From Paraspadella gotoi (Eukaryota > Animalia > Chaetognatha), in the NCBI GenBank assembly GCA_051294375.1, contig CM119267.1:6798265-6862250 (forward strand): a stretch of 63,986 bases of DNA, given 5' to 3'. The notes beneath the pieces were generated by a model. The model was not told where the DNA came from. It did no database searches and saw nothing but the letters and a program-made list of their open reading frames with translations. The number at the start of each line of letters is the position of its first letter. Position 1 is the stretch's first letter. The position numbers and the translations under genes are program-made. This document shows, in pieces, positions 1 through 14,425 of this stretch.

Positions 1-969
1 AGAGAGAGAGAGAGAGAGAGAGAGAGAATCAGTCAACGAACCATTGTCGAGCAATCATCGGGAGAAACGAATGAAAAAAAAAAATAATTGAAATGAAAAG
101 AAAATTAATAAAAAAATGAAGAATGAAGGGTTGAGAAGTTGAGTTGAGAAGTTGAGTTGAAGAGTTGAAAAGAGGAAGAGGAAGCGAGGTGTTGAAAAGG
201 TGAGTATGTTTGTGAAGAGGGCGATAGGATTAGTGAATGGATGAGTTGTTGAAGCAGAAATGATTTATTATATGGAAGGCAAAGATGATTTTTTTAAAAT
301 TTTGAAGTTTTGAGCTTCAAGGTTAGGGACCAACTCCANNNNNNNNNNTGTCGGTGATTTTCTCTTTCCGTTTCTCGCCGAAGGATTTAGTCTGCGCTCC
401 GCTTTACTCGTCCAAAACTTGCCCGACACGTGCCTCTGAGCTCGCCCGACTCTCGCCCGAAAGTCACTCTACGCTATTATACTTCGTCATAATCTCAGGG
501 GGACGATAGTCAAAAAACAAATCGTTCAAACTAGACAATAGACAATTTCAATAGACAATTTCACTGCCTTATAATTCTTTTTCCCGGCCAAAGATAATCA
601 CTCGTGAATCATGTTTGGGCGTGATTATAATTTATCACCCATTCGTTATTTTTTTTATTTAGAAATCTCTATCAAGACTTGACTCTTTCTCCGGCTTCTT
701 TCTTCCTTTATTTTCCTTTCTTCTTCCTTAATTCCTTTATCCCTTACTTCTCCCTTCGTCTCCCAGTTTTNNNNNNNNNNNNNNNNNNNNNNNNNACGGG
801 TCTGGTTTCTACCGAAGGGTAGGGAGTGGAAGAGGGGGAGGTGGAGGGAAGGGGGAGGAAGAAGGGAGAATGGATCGGGAGGGGGAGGAATTAAGGGGGG
901 AAAGAGTGGGAGGGAGGGGAAAATTTGTAGAGAGAGGGAGAGCAAAAAACGAAAAAAAAGAGAAGAGAA

Positions 970-1046
<77 letters not shown>

Positions 1047-1960
1047 AGAGAGAGAGAGAGAATGAGAAGAGAAGAGAGAGAAAGAGACGGAGAGAGAGAG
1101 GAGAGAGAGAGAGAGAGGAAGAGAAAAGAAAGGAAAAGAATAAAAAAAAAAGAGAGAGCTAAAGCCCCATTTAAAAAGTTACTTTGTTGAAAAAGGAATT
1201 TGCTCGAGCAGTTTGCATTGGTGACGTTTCGGTCCATTTAAAACGGGATCAACAACCTGCTTCTGCAACAAAAGCAACAACAACAACAACTATCGAAATC
1301 ACGTGAGATCAAGATTAACTTACCGTTCTATTGTCGTCTCCCAACATTTTTGGTTTTTAATTTAAGCTTCTCTAATACATTAAACGAACACTGCTTATTT
1401 TTTAGTATCTGATAGCTTTATTTTCGATGCATTAAAACGATGTTATGAAATTGGTACAACCAATATAAAAATTATCCATTCATTTAATAAATAAGCTACT
1501 TCCCTGACTTTGTACAGGCTTTATGGTTTAGGCTCTATAACTCTTAACAAGAAGATAATGACATGAGGAGGTCACCTGCAAGCTTTCAATCAAGAGCTCG
1601 TCTCACAGTCCTTCGTTTATTTCACTCCAGATGTCAGCACTGCTGATGCTGATCAAGTGGTGAGCTGCTGATGCATATAGTGGAGTGTTCGAATAGAATG
1701 TGTTTTGTATTGTAGTGGTAAAAGAACTCCAGGTTATAGTTAGTTATTTTCAGGAAGACGGTGGGCTGCGTTTAGGTGTAAGATATGGTGTCATTTTGGT
1801 TCGATGGAGGTACGAGGGACTGATGTTTCGAGTCTCTTCTTCTGCCGAACGATAAACCGAATCAGCGCCTTTTTTTTTTTTTTAACACCTTTTTATGGCT
1901 GAGAGAGGGAGAGAGAGGAGAGATAGAGAGAGAGAGAAGAGAGAGAGAGAGAAGAGAGAG

Positions 1961-2011
<51 letters not shown>

Positions 2012-3570
2012 ACAGAGCACGAGAACAGAGCAGAGAGAGAAGACCGAGAAAATTGCCGAGAAACGCAAAAGGCCCGAGAGACTGACCTGAGAGAAAGGCC
2101 GGAGGAGCAATCCGTTAACCCGATGGGAAACGGAACTCATCATCTTTCCCAGACCTGATATGGGGGGCTGAGTAGAGAAACGCGCAGACTAGAGCCATCG
2201 GATTGCTCAGGAGACAGATTCAGCCGCGGAAAGGAAAATGCAGGATGGGGGGCGCGAGGGGGACGAAGGGGGGAGGCTGGCGACGAGGGGAGTTCGAGGG
2301 TCAGAGAGAGGGGCGATAGCGAGAGTACATTGGAGGGAAGAGAGGGAAGAGAGAAGAGGCGAGTGGGGAAAATAAAGTGAGGAGAAATGAAAAAAGTAGA
2401 GAAATGTCTGGAGGAGAAGTTTGGAGAGGGAGGTATGAGGATGGATGTGAAGGAATGTAGAGGAAGGAGAAGAGGATATGATGCGAAGGAAGGAAATGGA
2501 TGGAAAGTGGGGAAGAAGGAAGTGCGCTGTGTGGAGAGAGGAAGGTAGTCTCGTCGAGAGTGGGTTGGATTTGTGGAGAGGGGTGATCGTTCTAAGGAGA
2601 GGGGGGTGTGGTTAAGGGTGAAAAATTGAACGAATGGGGTGAAGGAAGTTATAATTCAAGGCCCAAAGCATGATTCACGGAGTTGAGTTTATCGATTGGG
2701 TGTGGCCGGGAAAAAGAACTGTATAAGGCAGTGAAATTGTCTATGAAATTGTTATTGTTGGCTATGGGCTGTTGAAGCGGATTGTTTTTTTGACTGGAAT
2801 CGGTCTAGAGTCAGCCCGGCTGAGCTTTATGAGAATTATAATAGCGGTCCGAATATCCTTGTGTCGGGGGCGGAGACATTCAGGGGTAGGGGGTGGTCGT
2901 TGTGTCGTGTGTGGTGCTGATGGCTCGAATTGAGGCACTAGTGTTGAAGGGGCGGTCGTTTGGTTTGGTGTGGGTTGGCGACGAGCGGTAATGGAGGTGC
3001 GGCGAGCGCTTAGACTTGAAATTCTTCTATGGTCGGCGAGAGCAAAGTCGGAAAGAGAAAATGACCAGACAACTTATTTGGGTCGTCGAATGGTCACCTT
3101 TGTAGTTGGTGATGATAGGTCTAAGAACTTGATCAAAATTTTATGAGTTGAAAAGAGTCAATGCACTTGTGGCTTTTTTGGTCGATGTTATTGATATGGA
3201 ATTACTGAATAGTTATGTTCTGCTGTAATCAACGAACTCATGGCGTTCGCATGTCGCACGTAATCTACGGGCCCATCTTGCACAGAAGCATAACTCACCT
3301 TTTCAACACCATCGCTTCTCTTCTCTTTTCAACTCTTCAAGTAGCGTGGTCGAAGCTCTGTCAACTTCATGACTTCTCAATACGAACGTGTTCTCAATGC
3401 CCTTCCAGTTCGTGTCAGATTTTATTTATTAATGTTTTTCTGTTTTCATTGTCAATTATTTGCTTGTTGTTTTCAGTTGCGTTTTCTCTGTTGTCCGCAG
3501 ATTTGCTGGTGTGTGCGACAATGGTTTCGTGTGACTGATTCTCTCTCGTCTCTCTCTTCTCTCTCTCTCT
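1..3570. repeat. Noisy inverted duplication (1-770 vs ~2350-3570)
   Basis: 540-620 is the reverse complement of 2660-2755; 349-385 of 3030-3072; 20-52 of 3515-3550; N gaps at 339-348 and 771-795. Confidence 0.8.
1441..1640 (+). mobile_element. Short LTR (1441-1563, TGTTAT...ATGACA) plus PBS-like and internal start; TRIM-like remnant
   Basis: TG...CA with inverted termini and internal AATAAA; followed by tgaggaggtcacc; homologous to the minus strand of 59635-59777. Confidence 0.55.
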
Positions 3571-5479
3571 CATCCTTCGTTCTCGCACTCCTCTTCTTAG
3601 CTGTCTTCTGCAATAAACACTCTCTCTCGATTTACAGGGTGGTCACTCCACTCTTTACTCTCGTCTCCTCCTATTCCCTCGAGCGCCCCGTCTGTGTTGT
3701 ATGTTCGGGTTGGCGGCCAGTCTGATGTCTCTGTGTGCGGTAGGGTTGCCTATGCACTCGTTCGTCTGTCTCGTCTCCTCTCTTGGGAAACCAAAAAGGC
3801 AAGCGAGACGTTACAATGCTGCCACAAAACAACATACATAGATAGATACACCTTGACTCGCTAATAATTTCCGCTTTCTTTCTCATTTTCTCCCCCCGAG
3901 TCGCGTTTGTTTTCTAATAAAAACCTTTTTATTTTTTTTTTTATTTTCTATTTTTTTTTTTTTTTTTATATATAATAAATTATTTCCCCCTTTCTCTTTT
4001 TATTCCTTGTTCATTCCTCGCCATTTTCCAACAGTTTCAATTAGAGAGAGAAGAGGAGAAAGAGAGAGAGAGAGAGAGAGAGAAGAGAGAGAGAAGAGAG
4101 GAGAGAAGAGAGAGAGAGAGAAAGAGAGAGAGAGGAGAGAGAGAGAGAGAACTTATGAAAAAAGAAACAATGTTGAGTTTCGTGTCGGTTTTATTTAGAT
4201 TAGGAAGGAAGGAGGCAAGAGTAGGTCTTGACTCCGAACGAACAATCCGTAACAAAAAACAAAACAAAACAAGAACAATAACCCAAAAAAATAACCTACC
4301 CCCTCCCGTAAAAAAAAACCTATGAATACGAAAAATAGCCAAAAAAGGAGAGGAGAGGCAGGGGAGAGAGTTTGATCCGCGAAGGGAATTTTTTTTCCCT
4401 TCTATTGTGTTATGGAAGGATTTGGTAGGAATTTGGTCGGAATTTGATTATGCAGTCGGTGAACCTAAAGTCTAAAAATTTGACAAGGTCTTTGACAGCT
4501 TGCGTCCTCCTCTCGCTCCCCCTTTTCCTTTTTCGCCCGGGCCGAGATTTGTGAACTTGCCCCTTTTCACCGCCAGAGTTCGGGTTTTTTTTGACAGATT
4601 TTATTTTCTACTTTTTCGACATAAAAGATTTTGCGAGATTTATGTCGTCAGATTTATGTCGTCAGATTTCCTCACCAAGCGAGGTTTTTTTTTTTAAAAG
4701 CGATAAATTGCCTCATGACTTTTTTTTTTATGACCCGGCTAGAGTAGTTGAACTTTGATTAGATTGCTGATCTCGTGGGCAACGGAATTATCATACCATA
4801 ACATACTGTATTCTTAGCGAAGAAAGATTTGGTTTCAGATTGCCCCTCCTATGAATAACATTTAACATATTTATCCAACACAAACTATTTACAGGATTTG
4901 ACTCGAATACTTTTCACTAAAATATGTGTTATTAGGACACATTTTAACTTTATCTTTACACAATTCTTTTTGCCTTTCGAAAATCAACAATCAGACTTGA
5001 ACCGTATTCTCGTTTGTCTTCCAACGCTTTTCAAGGTCTGTAACATATCTCCGATACGTATTCCGATCTCTGAGATCTGCTACATATCCTCCCTCCTTCT
5101 CATCCTCCTCCTCCTCCTCCTCCTCCTTTTCTCCCTCATCTTGAGTCAAAAAAAAAAAAGAAAGAAAATTCGATATATTTCTTTCTCTGTTTCGCTCAAG
5201 AATTTCGGTTGTGCTTTTTTTATCCCTCAGCCCGACCCAACCTCATCCTATGCCCCTGACACTCCTTGTTCACAATTTAGTCAACGTTTTGACATCATTC
5301 ACGCCGCCTTTTCTTACCCTTTATCCCCACTGCCCGATTCTATTTGCCCAATCACCCTATTTTTTCTCACCCCCCCCTTGCCGCGGGGAATCCCCTTTTT
5401 TTTTATTTATGTCTCAAATTTAGAATATACAATCTCGAACACGCGCTACTGCTATTTTCTTTAGGGCCTTTTTTTTTTC

Positions 5480-6312
5480 TCAGGCCAGAAAACGTTGTCG
5501 TATTTGCGCGACCTCTCCGGGTCTCACCGTCCTTTTTCCCCGCGATTTTTTCCCACGATCGCGCCGACCCTCGCCAAACGGCCCGCCCACCTTTTGCCTT
5601 AACCTTCGCCACCTAGAATTTTCGACGTCGCGCTGACCTCCCGGAATTCTCTCCTTCTCGGAACCCGGAGCCAGCCGAAATCCGATCCACGGAATCGAAC
5701 CCCGGGAAATTCCCAGCCTCCGAAATCCGTTTCACTCTCCAGCGCCGATTCGCGACGCCGCTTTAGAGAGAGAGAAATCTTGCGTAGACACGGCTTAGGA
5801 AAAAAAAAGAAAAAATCCGAATCCATAGATTCCCCCCCCCCATTTTCCGAAGATCCTCGGCGTTGGATCCCTCGCCTTGACCTCCGTTTCCTCTATCCCC
5901 CGGATTTTCTTCTCGATTCTCGTTTTATTGCGTCTTCGATCGCCCGAGGCCGCAAAAAAATGGCGCGCGCGGGTGGCGCCATTGGGAGGGGGGGGGGAGA
6001 GGGGGCGGAGCGATTTCCGAGAAATTCGGGCAGTTTTATTTTTGTTTGTTGGGGGAATTCCTGGAGGAGAACCGAAGAGCCGCCGTTTTTGAGGAAAGAT
6101 TATTTTTTGAGGAAGCCACTTGATTGGCCGTTCAGTAAAGGCAAGGGGAAGCACCGGGTGCGAGGCATATTTTTTTTTAAGGCCTTGCCTAGATTTTTTA
6201 AGTTAAATGTGACATAAATTATGATTCTATTTTTTCAAAAAAGTAATATATTTTTTTTTCTCTTTTTTTTCTCTCGTCCCCATATCACCCCGCGCTCTCT
6301 CTCTCTCTCTCA

Positions 6313-6368
<56 letters not shown>

Positions 6369-6572
6369 CTCTCTCATCTCTTTGATCCGTCCTCCTTATT
6401 TTGGCACCATTTCTCGCTGCTTCACGGGTCACACTTCTTTCACACTCTTGCTCCTCCCCGCCGATATTTCTTGCGCTGCTTCTGGCATCAACGTCAGAGG
6501 AATTACTCGCTTTTGCGCCCGACATCGAGAAAATTGAAGAGAGAAAGAGCGAGAAAAAAGAAGAGAGAGAGA

Positions 6573-6624
<52 letters not shown>

Positions 6625-7160
6625 GAGAGAGAGAGAGAGAGTGAATGCAGAGGAAACTACGCAAATTTTCGAAAGGCTGAGCATCACCTTTCGACGAATT
6701 CACGATTAAGCTTTCCACTATCACTAAACTACCAGCGCCACCTTCTGCATCCCCCCCTTCCGCTAATACCCCAACTACCCTCCCCCCACTCCCCCATCCC
6801 AACTCCCCCCATTTTACGCCGAACAACAAAAGTCACATCCGACGGAGAAAATGATTTCCCCGCGGATTTTTTTTTTTCGCTCGCGCGACGCAAAACCGGG
6901 GCGCTCGGACGGGCGCGGCCAAAAGCGGCGCCCCGAATTTCGCCACAGGCAGCGGCCTGATTCGAAACGGCCTTCCGAAACGTTTCGCCAAAAGGCAGCG
7001 GAGCCTTGAAAACGCTGCGCTGGGAGAAACGGAGTGGACGTCGGGGATCGAGGTTCGAAACGAGGCTGCCGTGTTGCCGCACAGTAATTCGATCTTTCCA
7101 TCTTTCGATCCCGGAGATTAACTTGACGTTCGACCTTAACAGCTTTCACCGCGCGTTACA
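5480..7160. promoter_or_regulatory. CpG-rich promoter-like region
   Basis: High CG density against an AT-rich background; AAAATGGCG (YY1-like) at ~5957; lies upstream of the + strand candidate exons. Confidence 0.25.
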
Positions 7161-10100
7161 TACTAAAAAATGCATTTATGAATTAAAAATATTATACAAT
7201 ACAAAAACAAAAAATTACGAAGTCGCGCTACGTCAACAAAGAGCCTTGCGACCGCAAGCATAACCTAACTGTCAACAGACGCCAATCTTGGACGCCAACC
7301 CGAAGCCGTGTGGACCCGCTTGAAAGTCTGAGACGGACGACCTGCGACGACGCACCCGAAACCCAGTCCTTGATAAACGATGCGGGTTTGGGCTCTGTAG
7401 ATAAGGGCGATGGCGAGCAGGCGGTACCATAAGAATTAGAGTTCAGCCCACGCCTCAGGATCACCTAAGTGGACAGCACAACAACAAAATTCATGCTCAC
7501 GGCTTGCGCAAAAACCATTGCAATATTCTAGCATCTTTTGCTTATCGAGTGTCCAATTATAACACATTTACACCCATCTTAACATCAATCTATCATCCTG
7601 ATTTGTGCCGAATTTCCGTTGACAAATAACCGACATAAAGTCACTCACAACAGTCCCTACGAAAAGACGGACGACGACTACGAAAAGTTAACGGACGCGA
7701 CGACACGACGACGAGCGACGAACGACGACAAAATCAATGAGATATCGCGATCTCCTTCATATGGAAGGCGGCTGACCGAAAGAGGGTCAGCCAAAGAGTC
7801 CGCAGGGTCGTCGAGTCAAAGGTCGAGTCGAGCGAAAGAAGACGATACGTCCGCTTCGAGAATTATCACCATCACACCCGTACTTCTTGAATTGCACTTG
7901 CCAGTAGCGATGCCATCAACCGACTTCTTGAATTGCACCTTTGCCAGGTTGGCGATGCCATCAAACCCGTACTTCTGTGAATTGCGCCTTTGCCAGTTGG
8001 GCGATGCCATCACACCCGTACGTCTGAATGGCACGTTGCCAGTATGCTCATTGCTTGTTTGTGGTTTACTGGTTACTTCAATAGTCAAAATCCCTTCTCG
8101 CCTTGCCACGATGCCATCAGTCAATGCCGCGGGCGCCCACCTTTCGCGCATTGCACGCAAGTTGCCGGTTTATTATTGCCAGCCGACCGACCTTCTCACC
8201 TCAAACCTTACAGACCTTACCTCTCCCCGTTTCCCCCCGTGAGATTCAATGCTGTCACACATTTTTTCACGCTTCACACCTCGCCGGCGTCTGGACCCGT
8301 CCAGTTCAGTGTCCATCCCTTTTCAACCTCCTGCGTTCCCTTGCAAGGAATCCATTTCCCCGAGGCGACCCACGAGTTGAGCTTTTCTAATTCGCTTCCA
8401 CTCCACCACTTCACCATCCACCACTCCCACCACTTCACCACTCTACCGCTCCACCACTCCCTAGCAAAATCTCTCATCACCGACTTTCACCGACCACGAT
8501 CGATTCAAGTCCATCCCTCACGCGTTTTCACCTGTCACAATCAAGGCCATTTTATTTTGCAACTTCACCAATCACCTCCGTTCACATATTCTGTATTCCT
8601 GTATCACCAATTTTTCGAGTTTTATAAACCGATTATCAAATTTATTTATGCATTCCAATAAACAAAACCTATCCGACCCCTAACTTTGGACAGGCCATGC
8701 TGGGTTGGGCCCTTATCCCTTTTACGAGATAATTACATAGCTTGTTCCAATGTCCAATTGAATGAATAAATACTTTGAATTGGTGTACGACTACCAATTT
8801 CATAAAAGAACGTGCAAACTTGTAATCAGGACTCTTATAAATATTTTTATTTTCTTATTTTCATTCTAGTTTCTGAGTTTCGCATAATTTTCTCTTTTTA
8901 ATTTACTTCCGCTTTCTCTCTCACTCATAACCTTAATTCTCTGTTAACTTCCTCGCCCTCGGCAACAGAAAGATGAATTTGGCAATGTCAGATCTCGCAA
9001 TATATTATTTACATGACCTGACATTATACTTCCCTTTTTTAACCCTTCGCTTCTGTACTTTCGACATACGGTAAACAATGACATATCCCAAAAAATATCT
9101 CAAATGTTTTTTCCTTTATTAAAGTTATTTCATCAAAACAGTTATAGAGTACTCAACATAGAAATAAGTTATAAACTCTCTTTCTACCTTTCCGATATGG
9201 AAATTAGGTATAAACACCGCGACGTCACGACCGTACTTTGGACGCGTCACCTCGTCGTCGCCAGCGTTCAATTGACCAGGACACTTAAAAGCCAACATGT
9301 TGTCGAAGTCGGGGGCGACGTCTGACCAAAGACGGGAACGACTGGCGTCGAATATCCTGTCATTCGATCTGTCGCCGCCGCTGCCGCCGCCGCTGCCGCC
9401 GACGGCACCGCTGCGGCCCCGCTGTCGCCGTCGCTGCAGCCGACACCGTCAACACATGCTTTAGTAGTTTCTCGACAACATTCAGAAAAAAGCAGCGCTT
9501 ACTGTACTCTTCATCAGGGAAAAAATTGGGGCGAAAAGAAGACCTGTTTATCAACTGTTTTGCCATATAAAATTTTTATATTGATTCCGGGAAAAAAAAA
9601 CAATTAAGGCAAAAAAATTTATAACAGAATGTTGCCTTTAAAAAATTAATTAACAAACTAAAAAAAAATCCTTTTCAGTAAAAAGAGGCTTCTAAATTCT
9701 CCATTGAAAATTAAATCGCTTTCTACTTTTTTTTTTTTCAGGGACGTTCAAAACGCGGAGGGTTTCGTCGTCGACGTCGTCGTCGTCGTCATTGTCATTG
9801 CCCTTTTCATCGTCGTCGTCGTCGTCGGGCGTCGTCGTCAATTCGTCACTCTCCGCTCGCGTCCCAAATCCAATCACGAAGACGTCACCGACATTCGTCT
9901 CTCGCTGTGTGACCTTAGTGTTCGTCGTCCGTCGTTCGTCGTCGTCGTCGTCGTCGTCTTCTCCGTCCTGATCGAGTCTGTCGTCGAACTTAACAAACAT
10001 TCGATGTGTGATTTCACGTGAGTCTTTGTAAGGTGACTGACGACTCTGTTGTGAACTGTTCGTTAGGATCGACAACCTCTTTGTCTTCGTCCTGGTTTGT

Positions 10101-10713
10101 TGTTGTTTGCTGTTGCCGGGTCCCGTCCTGTCGAATTCCGTCCACGCAGTCGCCCTCTATCCGGCCACGCCACTTGTCCACTAGATTCTCTTCGGTGCGC
10201 CACCAAACAAGAAGCGAATTACATTGCGTCCTTTTACTTCTTAAATCGTTCATTTTGCACTGAACGAATCGCGCAGGTTTTTGCCTGAAAAAATCCTCAA
10301 AAGTTGAAAATACACCAATGAAGCAAATATTAATTAAATGCATGGATGTCCACTTATTACGATGTAAATAGGAAAATCCCATTTCCAGTACTGTAATAGA
10401 AATTTGCCCTTACTTCAGATGAAATGGATCTCCTCTCTCTTTGCTGCNNNNNNNNNNNNNNNNNNNNNNNNNGCCGTTTTTGAGAAAGATTATTTTTTGA
10501 GGAAGCCACTTGCATTGGCCGTTCAGTAAAGGCCAAAGGGGAGCACCGGGTGGAGGCGAGTGATTTTTTTTTAAGGGGGCCGGGTTGCGCGGTAGTATTT
10601 TTTGTTAAATTTTTGTGAATAAATATGATTCTATTTGTTTGCAAAAAAAGTAATATATTTTTTTTTCTCTTTTTTTTCTCTCGTCCACCTATCACCCCTC
10701 TCTCTCTCTCTCT

Positions 10714-10774
<61 letters not shown>

Positions 10775-12224
10775 CTCTTTGATCCGTCCTCCTTATTTTG
10801 GCACCATTTCTCGCTGCTTCACGGGTCACACTTCTTTCACCTTCTTGCTTCCTCCCCGCCGATATTTCTTGCGCTGCTCGTCTATCTGGCATCAAACGGT
10901 CCAGAGGAATTACTCGCTTTTGCGCCGACATCGAGAAATTGAAGAAAATAGAGAAAGGGAAAGAAGAGGAGAAGAGAGAGAAGAGAGAGGAGAGAGAGGA
11001 GAGAGAGAGAAGAGAGAGAGAAGAGAGAGAGAGTGAATGCAGAGGAAAACTAACGCAAATTTTCGAAAGGCCCTTGGACATCACCTTTCGACGAGATTTC
11101 ACGATTAAGTTTTCACTATCACTAGAACTACCAGCGCCACCTTCTGCATCCCGCCCCTTATCCGCTAATACCCGACCAACTCCCCTCACCCCCACTCCCC
11201 CATCACCAACTCCCCCCATTTTAAACGCGCGAAACAACAAAAGTCACATCCGACGGAGAGAGAAATGACTTTCCCCGCGGATTTTTTTTTTTCGCTTCGC
11301 GCGACGCAAAACGGGGCGCTCGGACGGCGCGGCAAAAGCGGCGCCCGAATTTCGCGGCGCGTTCGAAACGCCGTTCCCGAAACGTTTCGCCAAAAGGCAG
11401 CGGAGCCTGACGCTTGGCGCGGGATGAAAGGAGATGGAGTCGGGGATCGAGGTTCGAAACGAGGCTGACCGTCTGCTCTCGACGTTTCGATCTTTCCATC
11501 TTTCGATCCCGGAGATTAACTTGACGTTCGACCTTAACAGCTTTCACCGCGCGTTACATACTAAAAAATGATTTATGAATATAAAAATATTATACAATAC
11601 AAAAACAAAAATATTACGAAGTCGGCTACGTCAACAAAGAGCCTTCGCGACGGCGGAAACTCTAACGAATGTCACAGACGCCAATCTTGACGCCAACGAC
11701 CGTGTTGACGCCCGCTTGAAAGTCGAGGACTACTGTGACGACGACCCGAACCCAGTCCTTGATAGGATGCGGGTTGGCCTGTTAGTAAAGGGCGATCGGC
11801 GAGACGGAGTAATAAGTTGGGGTCAGATCACGCTCAGGACCCACAAGTTCCGGAACAGTCACAACAACAAAAAATTATCTCAATCGGCTTTGCGCAAAAA
11901 CATTGCATATTCTAGCATGTTTTTATCCGAGTGTCAATTTACACATTTAACCATTTAACTAATTATATCTGTTTGGCCGAATTTCACGTTGAAAATAACG
12001 ACAAAATTCACTCAAAAGTCCCTACGAAAGACGACGACTACAGAAAAGTACGACGACGACGACGACGACGAGCGACGAACGACGACAAAATCAATGAGTT
12101 CGCATCTCCTTCATATGAAGGCGGCTGACCGAAAGAGGGTCAGCCAAAGAGGTCCGCAGGGTCGTCGAGTCAAAGGTCAGAGTCGAAGCGAAGAAGACGA
12201 TACGTCGCTTCGAGAATTCATCAC

Positions 12225-12402
12225 CATCACACCCGTACTTCTTGAATTGCACCTTTGCCAGTAGGCGATGCCATCAAACCCGTACTTCTTGAATTGCACC
12301 TTTGCCAGTTGGCGATGCCATCAAACCCGTACTTCTTGAATTGCGCCTTTGCCAGTTGGCGATGCCATCACACCCGTACGTCTTGAATGGCACGTTGCCA
12401 GT
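12225..12402. repeat. 47-bp tandem repeat, ~3.8 copies (noisy duplicate at 7870-8043)
   Basis: Unit CATCAAACCCGTACTTCTTGAATTGCACCTTTGCCAGTTGGCGATGC; period 47 (12225, 12272, ...). Confidence 0.9.
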
Positions 12403-12419
12403 ATGCCTCATTGCTTGGT

Positions 12420-13172
12420 TTGTGGTTACTGGTTACTTCCCAATAGTCAAATCCCTTCTCGCCTTGCACGATGCCATCAGTCAATGCCCCGGCGCCCAAC
12501 CTTTCGCGCATTGCACGCAGTTTGCCGGTTTAGTTATTGCCAGCCGACCGACCTTCTCACCTCAACCCTTACCAGGCCTTACCTCTCCCCGTTTTCCCCC
12601 GTGAGGATTCAATGCTGTCACACATTCTTTCACGCTTCACACCTCGCCGGCGTCTGACCCGTCCACGTCCAGTGTCCATCCCTTTCAACCTCTGCGTCCC
12701 TTTGCAAGGAATCCATTTCCCCGAGGCGACCGCACGAGTGAGCTTTTCTAATTCGCTTTCCACTCCACCACTTCACCACTCCACCACTCCACCACTTCAC
12801 CACTCTACCGCTCCACCACTCCCTAGCAAATCTCTCATCACCGACTGTTCACCGACCACCGATCGAGTTCAATGTCCATCCCTCACGCGTTTTCACCTGT
12901 CACAATCAACGCGCCATTTTATTTTGCAACTTCACCAATCACCTCCGTTCACATATTCCTGTATTCCCTGTCATCACACATTTTTCCGAGTTTTATAAAC
13001 CGATATCAAATTATTTATGCATTCAATAAACAACCTATCCGACCCCTAACTTTGGACAGGCCATGCTGGGTTGGGGCCCTTATCCCTTTTACGAGATAAT
13101 TACATAGCTTGTCCAATGTCCAATGAATGAATAAATACTTTGATATTGGTTGTACGCGTACCAATTTCATAG
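12420..13172 (+). mobile_element. Solo-LTR-like segment (duplicate at ~8060-8805) ending in the short-LTR family 3' end, followed by an inverted copy of the family 5' end
   Basis: aataaa...cccctaactttggacaggcc...gataattaca resembles 1485-1563; 13122-13171 is an inverted tatgaaattggtac..aaccaatat; internal CCACT-rich repeats; 5' boundary uncertain. Confidence 0.4.
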
Positions 13173-14280
13173 AAAGAACGTGCAAACTTGTAATCAGGAC
13201 TCTTATAATATTTTTATTTCTTATTTTCATTTCTAGTTTCTGAGTTTCGCATAATTTTCTCTTTTTAATTTACTCCGCTTTCTCTCTCACTTCATAACCT
13301 TAATCTCTCTGTTAACTTCCTCGCCTCTCGAGCAACAGAAAAGATGAACTTTGGCCAAGTGTCAGATCTCGCAAATTATTATTACATGACCTGACATTAT
13401 ACTTCCCTTTTTTAACCCTTCGCTCTGTACTTTCGACAAACGGTAAACAATGGACATATCCCAAAAAAATATTCAAATGTTTTTCTTTATTAAAGTTATT
13501 ATCAACAGTTATAGAGTTAAATAAGAAATAAAGTTATAAACTCTCTTCTTACCTTTCCGATATGAAATTAGGTATAAACACCGCGACGTCAACGACCGTA
13601 ACTTTGGACGCGTCACCTCGTCGTCGCCAGCGTCAATGACCAGGACACTTAAAAGCCTACATGTTGTCGAAGTCGGGGGCGACGTCTGACAAAGACCGGG
13701 ACGACTGGCGTCGAATATCCTGTCATTCCGATCTGTCGCCGCCGCTGCCGCCGCCGCTGCCGCCGACGGCACCGCTGCGGCCCCCGCTGTCGCCGTCGCT
13801 GCAGCCGACACCGTCAACACATGCTTTAGTAGTTTCTCGACAACATTCAGAAAAAAGCAGCGCTTACTGTACTCTTCAATCAGGAAAAATTGGGGCGAAA
13901 AGAATGACCTGTTTTATCAACTTTTTGCCATATAAAATTTTTAATATTGATTCGGGAAAAAAAAAACAATTACAGGCAAAAAATTTATAAAAGAATGTTG
14001 CCCTTTAAAAATTTGAATTAACAAACTAAAAAAAAAAATCCTTTCAAGTAAAAGAGGCTTCTAAATTCTCCATTGAAAATTAAATCGCTTTCTACTTTTT
14101 TTTTCAGGGACGTTCAAAACGGCGGAGGGTTTCGTCGTCGTCGTCGTCGTCATTGTCGATGCCCTTTTCATCGTCGTCGTCGTCGTCGTCGTCGTCGTCA
14201 ATCGTCACTCTCCGCTCGCGTCCCAAATCCAATCACGAAGACGTCACCGACATTCGTCTCTCGCTGTGTGACCTTTAGTT

Positions 14281-14316
<36 letters not shown>

Positions 14317-14425
14317 TCCGTCCTGATCGAAGTCTGGTCGTCGACTTAACAAAAACATTCGATGTTGTGATTTCACGTGAGTCTTTGTGAAGGTGACTGA
14401 CGACTCTGTTGTGAACTGTCGTTAG

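Noticed and set aside
9741-9900. Transmembrane-like VVVVVIVIALFIVVVVVGRRR
   Set aside because: Produced by (GTC)n repeats; the frame is not kept in the duplicate at 14108.
11630-11790. Minus-strand peptide KDWVRVVV..DFQ resembling a MAM domain
   Set aside because: The two copies disagree in frame, the strand is ambiguous and the similarity is too short.
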